Assembly: GCA_046757165.1 (NCBI GenBank)
Contig: JBHHXT010000181.1
Location: 1-10,103 of the forward strand
Length of the DNA: 10,103 nucleotides
Direction: 5' to 3'
Source: a bacterium
GTDB taxonomy: Bacteria; Zhuqueibacterota; Zhuqueibacteria; Oceanimicrobiales; Oceanimicrobiaceae
The notes below the pieces were generated by a model. That model did no database searches and was not told the origin of the DNA. It saw nothing but the letters and a program-made list of their open reading frames with translations. The position numbers and the translations under genes were made by a program. Within the stretch, counting starts at the first letter, position 1. Each line of letters opens with the position of its first letter. Positions 1 to 6,884 of the stretch are shown here, piece after piece.

Positions 1-94
1 AATTATCCAGGCTAAGCAATCCGAAACAAATTCAAAACACGAAAATCGAATCCTGCGGGCGTTGACCCATGTTCGAATTCGTTTTGGCAGGCCA

Positions 95-149
95 AGTTTT
101 TTTTCGAATCTGGAGTTTGTGATTTCGATTTTCCGGTTTGATCGGCTTA
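95..149 (-). repeat. Copy 1 of a ~55-bp dispersed repeat (REP/MITE-like element end), inverted relative to copy 2 at 3278-3332
   Basis: The reverse complement of 95-149 (TAAGCCGATCAAACCGGAAAATCGAAATCACAAACTCCAGATTCGAAAAAAAACT) aligns without gaps to 3278-3332 at 43/55 identities (hand alignment). Confidence 0.75.
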
Positions 150-200
150 TGTGGTTCAGGGCCCTCGCCGGAAACCGGGGAGCTTTCTTGCTCCCATCTG

Positions 201-227
201 GCAAGTGCTCTCGGGGTTCGTCGATAA
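201..227 (+). promoter_or_regulatory. Putative sigma28 (FliA/SigD) promoter of the flagellin genes
   Basis: GCAAGTGC-N11-GTCGATAA versus the consensus TAAAGTTT-N11-GCCGATAA. The -10 box matches 7/8 with canonical spacing, about 100 bp upstream of a flagellin start. Confidence 0.7.
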
Positions 228-246
228 TGCAATTAGAAACTGAAAT

Positions 247-260
247 TATCACCGGTGATA
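247..260. promoter_or_regulatory. Perfect 14-bp palindrome in the flagellin leader (candidate operator or 5' hairpin)
   Basis: TATCACCGGTGATA is its own reverse complement and extends to 244-263 with one mismatch. It lies just downstream of the predicted sigma28 start site. Confidence 0.45.
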
Positions 261-325
261 GTTGCAAACGGACCAGACTTGATAAGTGACCCCGTACCAG
301 AAGCAGAAACTGAGGAGAAATAGTC

Positions 326-1165
326 ATGGCATCATTCGGAGATCTGAGTCGAATTGGTGGTAATATTCAGGCCCTGCAAGCTCTCAACTCACTAAACGTC
401 ATCAACAAAGAATTAGGAATACGTCAACTGCGTCTGGCAACCGGTAAACGCATCAATTCTGCCGAGGATGACGCGGCCGGCTTCGTTATCAGCCGGACGT
501 TGCAGGCGCGCGGGCGGGGTTTGAGCACGGCGCTCAACAATGTTGGCGATGCAAAATCGATGCTTTCTGTGGCCGAAGGGGGTCTTGAAAGTATTCTGGA
601 CATTCTCGAAACCATGAAGGAAAAAGTCACGCAGGCCGCCAGTGATACGCTTGGCACCTCGGAACGAAACGCTATCGAGGATGAACTGGATGCGCTGACA
701 GCCGAAATCGACGACATTGTGACTGAGACAACCTTCAATGGCAACTCCTTGCTGACCGACGTCGACAAAACAATTCAGACCGGCGCCGAAACCACCGACA
801 CGCTGGTCGTCGCAGTTACGACCCAAAACCACACGGCCGGCGCACTGACTGTCGCCGACGCCAACATTACCGTGTCTTCTTCATCCTATGCCTCAGCCGC
901 CCTGGGCAATATCAACACGGCGATTACCACCGTCAAGAACAGTATCGCTTCCGTCGGCGCGAGCCAGGCCCGTCTGGCCACAAAAGAGTCGACTCTCTCT
1001 ACCGCCATTACCAACACGGAAGCCTCACGAAGCCGGATCGCCGACGCTGATTTTGCCAAAGAACAGCTCGAGGCTCTGAAGTCGCAGATCATGCAACAGA
1101 CCGCAACCGCTGCTCTTGCACAAGCCAACGCGGCGCCGCAAGTCGTTCTATCGCTATTCGGTTAA
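326..1165 (+). CDS. fliC: Flagellin (FliC/FlaA/Hag family), minimal D0-D1 type, paralogue 1
   Basis: Flagellin N-terminal motif RLATGKRINSAEDDAAG, central ETTFNG..LL and IQTGA, C-terminal SRIADADFAKEQ...QIMQQTATAALAQANAAPQVVLSLF. SD GAGGAG at 312-317. Confidence 0.97.
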   Translation: MASFGDLSRIGGNIQALQALNSLNVINKELGIRQLRLATGKRINSAEDDAAGFVISRTLQARGRGLSTALNNVGDAKSMLSVAEGGLESILDILETMKEKVTQAASDTLGTSERNAIEDELDALTAEIDDIVTETTFNGNSLLTDVDKTIQTGAETTDTLVVAVTTQNHTAGALTVADANITVSSSSYASAALGNINTAITTVKNSIASVGASQARLATKESTLSTAITNTEASRSRIADADFAKEQLEALKSQIMQQTATAALAQANAAPQVVLSLFG

Positions 1166-1229
1166 TAGCAAGGTTTAGCTCGCGAGAAATGAGAACCATC
1201 TAAGAATTTGATAAAACTGGAGAGATAAA

Positions 1230-2069
1230 ATGGCTTCTTTTGGGGACTTAAGTCGAATCGGTGGCAATATTCAAGCGCTGCAAGCGTTGAATTCCCTGAA
1301 TGTCATCAACAAAGAACTGGGGCTTCGGCAATTGAGGCTGGCCACCGGTAAACGAATCAATTCTGCCGAGGACGACGCTGCGGGTTTTGTTATCAGCCGA
1401 ACGTTGCAGGCCAGAGGAAAAGGGTTGTCGGTTGCCCTGTCCAATGTCGGCGACGCGAAATCCATGCTTTCGGTGGCAGAGGGGGGTCTCGAGAGTATTC
1501 TCGATATCCTGGAAACCATGAAGGAGAAGGTCACGCAAGCCGCGAGCGACACGCTTGGTAACTCGGAAAGGAACGCCATCGATGACGAGCTGGACGCCCT
1601 GACGAATGAAATCGATGATATTGTGGCGGAAACGACCTTCAACGGCACCATCCTTCTGGACGGAACCACATTGACCATCCAGACAGGTGCGGAGACCACC
1701 GACACCCTGCTGGTCACAGTCAGCTCCTCTGACCACGACTCGGCGGCTCTGGGGGTTATAGACGCGAGCATCAATGTTTCGTCTGCTGCCAATGCTTCCA
1801 CGGCCCTGTCGCGAGTCAACACAGCCATCACCACGGTCAAGAACAGCATTGCCAGTATCGGCGCGGACCAGGCGCGTTTGGCCACGAAGGAATCGACGTT
1901 GTCCACGGCCATGACCAACACGGAGGCTTCCAGAAGCCGGATTGCCGACGCAGATTTTGCCAAGGAACAACTGGAGGCTCTGAAGTTGCAGATCATGCAA
2001 CAAACAGCGACCGCGGCCCTGGCGCAAGCAAACGCCGCACCGCAAGTCGTCCTCTCGCTCTTCGGTTAA
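1230..2069 (+). CDS. fliC: Flagellin (FliC/FlaA/Hag family), minimal D0-D1 type, paralogue 2
   Basis: Same motifs and length as 326-1165, with 240/279 identical residues by hand count. SD GGAG shortly upstream. Probably co-transcribed, since no terminator is seen in the 64-bp gap. Confidence 0.97.
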   Translation: MASFGDLSRIGGNIQALQALNSLNVINKELGLRQLRLATGKRINSAEDDAAGFVISRTLQARGKGLSVALSNVGDAKSMLSVAEGGLESILDILETMKEKVTQAASDTLGNSERNAIDDELDALTNEIDDIVAETTFNGTILLDGTTLTIQTGAETTDTLLVTVSSSDHDSAALGVIDASINVSSAANASTALSRVNTAITTVKNSIASIGADQARLATKESTLSTAMTNTEASRSRIADADFAKEQLEALKLQIMQQTATAALAQANAAPQVVLSLFG

Positions 2070-2089
2070 CCGAAACCGTAGTTGACCGG

Positions 2090-2123
2090 AAAAGGGTGTC
2101 CGCCTCGGACACCCTTTTTTTTT
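2090..2123 (+). terminator. Rho-independent terminator of the flagellin transcript
   Basis: AAAAGGGTGTCCG-CCT-CGGACACCCTTTT forms a perfect 13-bp stem, with a T9 run at 2115-2123, 20 nt after the second flagellin stop. Confidence 0.92.
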
Positions 2124-2221
2124 GAGCCTCACCGCGACCCGGCATTTCACAAATCATTTCAAGATGCCGAATAAGTAGGATATGCACTCATGAGACGATA
2201 GTATTATCACTTGCACGCCGA

Positions 2222-3280
2222 ATGCCGAATCAAACCAAAATGCCCGGTGAGGAATTTGTTACTCAAATGCTCAACGGTGAGCGTGACTTCGCCGGCATAA
2301 AACTGGAAGAGCATTTCGATATGAATCAGTGCGACGGCTACAAACCTTTGCTGTCGTATCTGATAAAGAGCCGCATCTGGGAGAATCCAATTATTCTCGA
2401 CGCGGCTGACTTGAAATATCTGAAGGCTAATCGTTTTTATCTACCGTTTATCAAAGCAGACTACGCCGACTTTACCGGGGCCAAGCTGCCAAACGTCAAC
2501 TTCTTCAAGGCGAATCTCGAGAAGACAACGTTCTGGAAAGCAGAGCTGTACAATGCCAATTACCGCTTCGCAAACCTGAAAAACGTCAATTTTCAAAAAG
2601 CCGTGCTCGAAGATGCCAACTTCCAGAACGCCATTCTTGACCGCGCTAATTTCAAAGGCGCCAACCTGATGCGAGCTGTGCTTGAAAACGTCGTCGCCGA
2701 GCGGGCAACCTTTCAGCGCGCCAACCTGTCCCAGGCCATTTTTTGCTACACAAATTTGTCAGATGCAAACATGAAGGCAGCCAAATCCCAGGACTGCAAT
2801 TATTGGGATGCAGTTTTGAACAGCACGAACTTCATGAATGCCGACCTGACCGGGGCCAACTTCAGGAGCGCCCACCTGGAATATGCCAACCTGAAAAACG
2901 CAAAACTGGAGAGGGTCAACTTTCAGAATGCCAAACTCAAACAAGCCAATCTGCAGAACTGTGACCTGTCGAAGGCAAAACTGTTCAACAGCAATTTTGA
3001 AAGCGCTAATCTGCAGAACGCCAATTTCCAGAACGCAAATCTGATCGGTGCGGACTTCACTGACGCGAATGTTCAAAATGCCAATCTGAAAGGCGCCAGA
3101 ATGAGAAACGCAAACTTTTCACATGCCAACCTGATGTATGTCGAGAACATCGAGCAGGCCCTGAACCTCATCGACGCAAATTTCAACAGAACAACTGTCA
3201 CGCCAGACGCGCAAAAAGTCATCAAGAAAGTCCTCAGCCAACGCTCCATGTTTGTTTTGAAAGATGGATTCGAGTCCTAA
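2222..3280 (+). CDS. Pentapeptide repeat protein (right-handed quadrilateral beta-helix)
   Basis: 45 uninterrupted in-register A(D/N)(L/F)xx-type repeats from ADFTG to ANLMY, a non-repeat N-terminal cap (GEEFVTQMLNGERDFAGIKL) and a helical C-terminal cap. The start may instead be the ATG at 2240; no clear SD. Confidence 0.93.
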   Translation: MPNQTKMPGEEFVTQMLNGERDFAGIKLEEHFDMNQCDGYKPLLSYLIKSRIWENPIILDAADLKYLKANRFYLPFIKADYADFTGAKLPNVNFFKANLEKTTFWKAELYNANYRFANLKNVNFQKAVLEDANFQNAILDRANFKGANLMRAVLENVVAERATFQRANLSQAIFCYTNLSDANMKAAKSQDCNYWDAVLNSTNFMNADLTGANFRSAHLEYANLKNAKLERVNFQNAKLKQANLQNCDLSKAKLFNSNFESANLQNANFQNANLIGADFTDANVQNANLKGARMRNANFSHANLMYVENIEQALNLIDANFNRTTVTPDAQKVIKKVLSQRSMFVLKDGFES

Positions 3281-3332
3281 GCCGGACGAGCCGGAAATTC
3301 AAAATCCTGAACTCTAAAATCGAAAAAAAACT
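3278..3332 (+). repeat. Copy 2 of the ~55-bp dispersed repeat; begins at the TAA stop codon of the pentapeptide gene
   Basis: TAAGCCGGACGAGCCGGAAATTCAAAATCCTGAACTCTAAAATCGAAAAAAAACT has 43/55 identity to the reverse complement of 95-149 and contains a small CCGG-ACGAG-CCGG hairpin. Confidence 0.75.
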
Positions 3333-3455
3333 GAACCCCAAAAAGTCTTGCCAAAGAATGACAGAACTTGACTTGTCGGCCTCTAATCCTGACCTCAGCC
3401 TGCTTCGAGTGCGTTTCTGACGCCCTCATATCTCCACCCGGCTCCTGGGGCATCC

Positions 3456-3483
3456 TAAAGTCCGGAGCATAAGTTGTCGAAAT
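3456..3483 (+). promoter_or_regulatory. Putative sigma28 promoter of the aminotransferase/glycosyltransferase operon
   Basis: TAAAGTCC-N12-GTCGAAAT. The -35 matches 6/8 to TAAAGTTT and the -10 shares the GTCGA core with the flagellin promoter. The spacer is 1 nt longer than canonical. Confidence 0.5.
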
Positions 3484-3595
3484 TATTGTGTGAAGCAGAC
3501 TTTACTCGATTCAATTGCCAGAGGGGGTTCCGCAGCCGGGATGAATTCACCGCACTGGCTCCCTCTCCATCGCTCACAATTGCCAGGAAGCTACC

Positions 3596-4777
3596 ATGAT
3601 CCCGATGCACAAAGTGTTCATGCCTGAGAACATCGACGAAGTGATGGTGCCGCTACGCGAGGTGCTCAAAGGCGGCTGGATCGGTGAGGGGCCCAGGGTG
3701 CGGGAATTCGAGCACCGCATTGCCCAATTTCTTGGGACAGAAAAGGTCACGGCATTGAACTCCTGCACCTCCGCCCTGCAGCTCGCCCTGCGATTATGCG
3801 AGGTCGGCATTGGCGATGAAGTCATCACCACGCCCATGACCTGCATGGCCACCAATGAACCGATCGTCTTGAGCGGCGCAACACCGGTTTGGGCGGATGT
3901 CCAACCCGACACAGGCAACATCGATCCGGATAGCATTCGCAGCAAGATTACCCTTCGGACTAAGGTGATCATGATCGTTCACTGGGGCGGCTACCCCTGT
4001 GATATCGCAGAGATCCAGGCGATCGCACAGGAGCACGGCCTGAAAGTCGTGGAAGACTGTGCCCACGCCTGGGGGGCCGTTTACCGTGACACGCTCGTCG
4101 GAAACCATTCCGATTTTGCGTGTTTTTCGCTGCAAGCGATCAAACACTTCACCACCGGTGACGGCGGGATTCTGGTTTGCAAGCACGAACAGGACCACAT
4201 GCGGGCCCGCTCGCTCAAATGGTTTGGTATCGACCGCGAGCAGCGCAGGGAAAACGAGCTGGGCGTCGCTGAGTGGGACATTGGGGAGGCGGGGTACAAA
4301 TTCCAAATGAATGACATCGCGGCCACCATCGGGCTGGCGCAATTGCCGTACCTGTCAGATCTACTTGCCAGGAGACGGGAAAACGCAGCCTATTATCAGA
4401 AACATCTCGAGGACCTCGAGCATGCGGAGCTCCTGCAGGAAAAAGATGACCGTCAGTCGGCATACTGGCTGTTCACCATCAAAGTAGATGAGCGCGAACG
4501 GTTCATCAAACATATGAAGCAGGCAGGTGTTGCCACCTCAATTGTCCACATGAGAAATGATTTGCACTCCCTCTTTGCAAATCACAACCGTGCCGGCTTG
4601 ACCGGCCTGGACGAGTTCGCCGCAAGGATGGTCTGCATTCCCGTTGGACCGTGGGTGGGCCCGGCTGAGCGGGACAAGATTGTGACGGTCATCAGGCGGC
4701 AGGAATGGCTGCGAGAAAAGACGAAGGTCATTGTCGTGCCAGAGGAGGAGCAAGAAGTTGGCAGCAGCAGTCATTAA
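3596..4777 (+). CDS. DegT/DnrJ/EryC1/StrS family PLP-dependent nucleotide-sugar aminotransferase
   Basis: Motifs GPRVREFE, NSCTSALQLAL, GIGDEVITTPMT, GATPVWADV, VHWGG, VVEDCAHAWG, and FSLQAIKHFTTGDGG carrying the PLP-binding Lys. SD AGGAAG at 3585-3590. Confidence 0.95.
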   Translation: MIPMHKVFMPENIDEVMVPLREVLKGGWIGEGPRVREFEHRIAQFLGTEKVTALNSCTSALQLALRLCEVGIGDEVITTPMTCMATNEPIVLSGATPVWADVQPDTGNIDPDSIRSKITLRTKVIMIVHWGGYPCDIAEIQAIAQEHGLKVVEDCAHAWGAVYRDTLVGNHSDFACFSLQAIKHFTTGDGGILVCKHEQDHMRARSLKWFGIDREQRRENELGVAEWDIGEAGYKFQMNDIAATIGLAQLPYLSDLLARRRENAAYYQKHLEDLEHAELLQEKDDRQSAYWLFTIKVDERERFIKHMKQAGVATSIVHMRNDLHSLFANHNRAGLTGLDEFAARMVCIPVGPWVGPAERDKIVTVIRRQEWLREKTKVIVVPEEEQEVGSSSH

Positions 4778-4876
4778 CGCTCCGCTGTCATTGACAGAAG
4801 TGAATCTTTGCTGCTGTCCAAAATGACGCCGAAGACAAATGACCCAATGACTTGAATACGATAGGCAGAGACGACC

Positions 4877-5710
4877 GTGCAAAGATTCAACATCATGATC
4901 ATGAGCCCGGTCAGGAAAGACGACCTGGTTCATCTTCAGTGCTTTCTGGAGGTCGCGCAGCTTTTGCGCTATGGGCTGGAGGACCTTGGGCATCAGGTGG
5001 GATTCGCAAAAAATCTGCAGAAGGACTGCACCAACATCTTGCTGGCATACCACATTCTGGAAGACAGGCGACTGCCTGAGGGCTATGATTGCATCATCTA
5101 TCAGCTCGAGGAGCTATACGAGTCATGTGAAACCCCCCTGGAGCGGATGCTCAACACACTGAGATCGAACTGCAAGATCTGGGATTTCAACCAGCAAAAT
5201 GTGGCGTTTTTGCGGCAGAACGGGATTCATGCCACGTACAAACCGCTTGGTTTTCACCCGAAAATGGCCCGCATTCAGCACCACCGCCAAAAGGATGTAG
5301 ACATCTTGTTCTACGGCTCCAAGAATGAGCGGCGCATGAAAATCCTGAACGCGCTCGATCAGGAGTTCAACGTGAAAATCCTGTTTGGTGTCTATGGTCA
5401 GGAGCGCGATGAATGGATAGCACGGTCCAAGATTGTCTTGTCCATCTACTACTATGAAACCAAGTACTTTGATGACGTCCGCATGTCGTACTTGTTGACC
5501 AATCGCGTCTTTACCATCGTAGAAGACACGCCGCACAAGCGCTACCAGGATTTCTTGATCTATGCCCCTTACGATAGCATCGTTGAGACCTGCCGATATT
5601 ACTTGCAGAACGATGAGCTTCGGCAACGCCTCGCTCAGGAGACCCACCAGGCCTTTTCACAGTACCCCGAGACGGAATTTCTCAGACAGGCGTTGAACGC
5701 CATGACATGA
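4877..5710 (+). CDS. Putative GT-B fold glycosyltransferase (CgeB / Glyco_trans_1_2-like C-terminal domain)
   Basis: GTG start. The segment KDVDILFYGSKNERR...GVYGQERDEWIARSKIVLSI...VRMSYLL...ETCRYYLQNDELRQRLA resembles the CgeB-like nucleotide-binding half of GT-B enzymes, and the gene sits in a sugar-modification cluster. Confidence 0.7.
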   Translation: MQRFNIMIMSPVRKDDLVHLQCFLEVAQLLRYGLEDLGHQVGFAKNLQKDCTNILLAYHILEDRRLPEGYDCIIYQLEELYESCETPLERMLNTLRSNCKIWDFNQQNVAFLRQNGIHATYKPLGFHPKMARIQHHRQKDVDILFYGSKNERRMKILNALDQEFNVKILFGVYGQERDEWIARSKIVLSIYYYETKYFDDVRMSYLLTNRVFTIVEDTPHKRYQDFLIYAPYDSIVETCRYYLQNDELRQRLAQETHQAFSQYPETEFLRQALNAMT

Positions 5711-5720
5711 GAACGAAAAA

Positions 5721-6884
5721 ATGAGTCCGGGCGCAGCCATTATCATTGTCACTTTCAATTCCAGTACAACCATCGAAGCTTGCCTGGCGAGCGTTCTGGT
5801 GACGTTGCGGCCCGTCGACGAGGTGTTTGTCATCGACAACAACTCATCGGACAACACCCTTGACCTGGTTCATCCCCTGGTGTCAGCAAACGACAACCGG
5901 GTACATGTGTTGCCTCAGTCGCGCAATCTGGGGTTCTCACGCGGGTGCAATATCGGCATCGAAAACTCGGACCAGGAGTATGTGATTTTGCTCAACCCGG
6001 ATACTGAGGTGTTCGGGGATTGGATCGAGCGGCTGATAAATCATTTTAGTGAGCATGACAAAACCGGCGCAGTCGGCGCACTCTCCAACCGTGCCCTGAG
6101 AAGCCAGCAAATTCGATCCTACTTACCCGACTACCTGGACTACCTCACCGATGTCGATGGCCTCCTGGTGGCCCTGGAAAAAAAATTTCACCGCAAGAGC
6201 ATTCCAACCCGACTCTTGATGGGGTTCTGTTTGGCCCTGCGTCGAGACCTGATAGAACGGTTCGGCCCGCTGGACGAGGACATCTTTTTGGGCGACGATG
6301 ACCTCGAGATATCCTGGCGGCTGCGCGAAAAGGGCTACCTCCTGCGCATCGCTCTGGACGTTTTTCTCAATCATGAAGACCATGTCAGCTTCGACACCCT
6401 GCCAGAGTCACAGGCGAATGCCTTGCTGCGGCAAGGCACGGATGTCCTATTCGCCAAGATGCAAAAGTACTACAAGCCGGCGCGGGTACCCGACCCCAGG
6501 ATCTATTTTGCCATTCATTGGTGGCGGCCATCGATCTTGGACAAGAAACCTTATCATGAGGTCTTTGACCCGGATGTGCTGCCTTGCCCCATTGATGAGA
6601 TTTTGCCGACGGTCAGACGGCACCTGAAAGCAGCAGCCATTGACCGGGCCGTCACAATTATGGAAAAATCTCTCGAGTTTCTCCCCAACGACTACATGCT
6701 CTGGTACACGCTGGGTTCGGTTTATCTGCTCATGGAAAAACTCGACAAAGCTGAATTCGCTCTGAAAAACGCCTCGTGTTTCGAAGACAAAAAGGTGCAG
6801 GCGCGTACCAAGCTGCTTGAATTGTACAAACGCCAACACCGGCTGGATGAGGCACGTAGGTTCCTGGGAGAGTTTTGCGGCTGA
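5721..6884 (+). CDS. Glycosyltransferase family 2 (GT-A) with C-terminal TPR
   Basis: IIIVTFNS, VFVIDNNSSDNT, NLGFSRGCNIG, ILLNPDT (DxD-equivalent), GFCLALRR and DDDLEISWRL. TPR-like C-terminus (AVTIMEKSLEFLPNDYMLWYTLGSVYLLMEKLDKAEFAL). Confidence 0.9.
   Translation: MSPGAAIIIVTFNSSTTIEACLASVLVTLRPVDEVFVIDNNSSDNTLDLVHPLVSANDNRVHVLPQSRNLGFSRGCNIGIENSDQEYVILLNPDTEVFGDWIERLINHFSEHDKTGAVGALSNRALRSQQIRSYLPDYLDYLTDVDGLLVALEKKFHRKSIPTRLLMGFCLALRRDLIERFGPLDEDIFLGDDDLEISWRLREKGYLLRIALDVFLNHEDHVSFDTLPESQANALLRQGTDVLFAKMQKYYKPARVPDPRIYFAIHWWRPSILDKKPYHEVFDPDVLPCPIDEILPTVRRHLKAAAIDRAVTIMEKSLEFLPNDYMLWYTLGSVYLLMEKLDKAEFALKNASCFEDKKVQARTKLLELYKRQHRLDEARRFLGEFCG

Noticed and set aside
161..189. CCGG-AAA-CCGG hairpin followed by TTTCTT; considered as a c-di-GMP riboswitch or terminator
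   Set aside because: Lacks the GGCAAA...GACGCAAAGC architecture of c-di-GMP-I, and the stem and U-tract are too weak to call a terminator.
32..289. Short ORFs 62-289 (+) and 32-232 (-)
   Set aside because: They run through the repeat element and the sigma28 promoter, with no RBS and no protein-like features.
2061..2074. Perfect palindrome TTCGGTTAACCGAA over the flagellin 2 stop
   Set aside because: More than half is fixed by the coding sequence (F-G-stop), it is absent after flagellin 1, and it is plausibly chance.
1248..2150. Long minus-strand ORFs (300 aa, 241 aa) over flagellin 2, and similar ones over flagellin 1 and the GTs (e.g. 8949-9701)
   Set aside because: Antisense shadows of strongly supported + strand genes, with no recognisable motifs.
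2147..2201. Possible sigma28 -10 boxes (GCCGAATA 2166, GACGATAG 2194) for the pentapeptide gene
   Set aside because: No TAAA-like -35 at the correct spacing.
2460..3140. 15-nt periodic DNA repeats (GCCAAC/GCAAAT...) and A-rich composition suggesting a CRISPR-like array or foreign DNA
   Set aside because: Fully explained by pentapeptide-repeat coding (Asn/Lys/Phe-rich); there is no repeat-spacer structure.
4791..4819. Perfect TTGACA as an internal sigma70 -35
   Set aside because: No -10 hexamer 16-18 nt downstream; it is part of a palindrome.
6178..6185. A8 homopolymer in the GT2 gene as a phase-variation tract
   Set aside because: Short poly-A encoding Glu-Lys-Lys with the frame intact; typical contingency tracts in glycosylation loci are longer poly-G/C. 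Read-level length variation would be needed.
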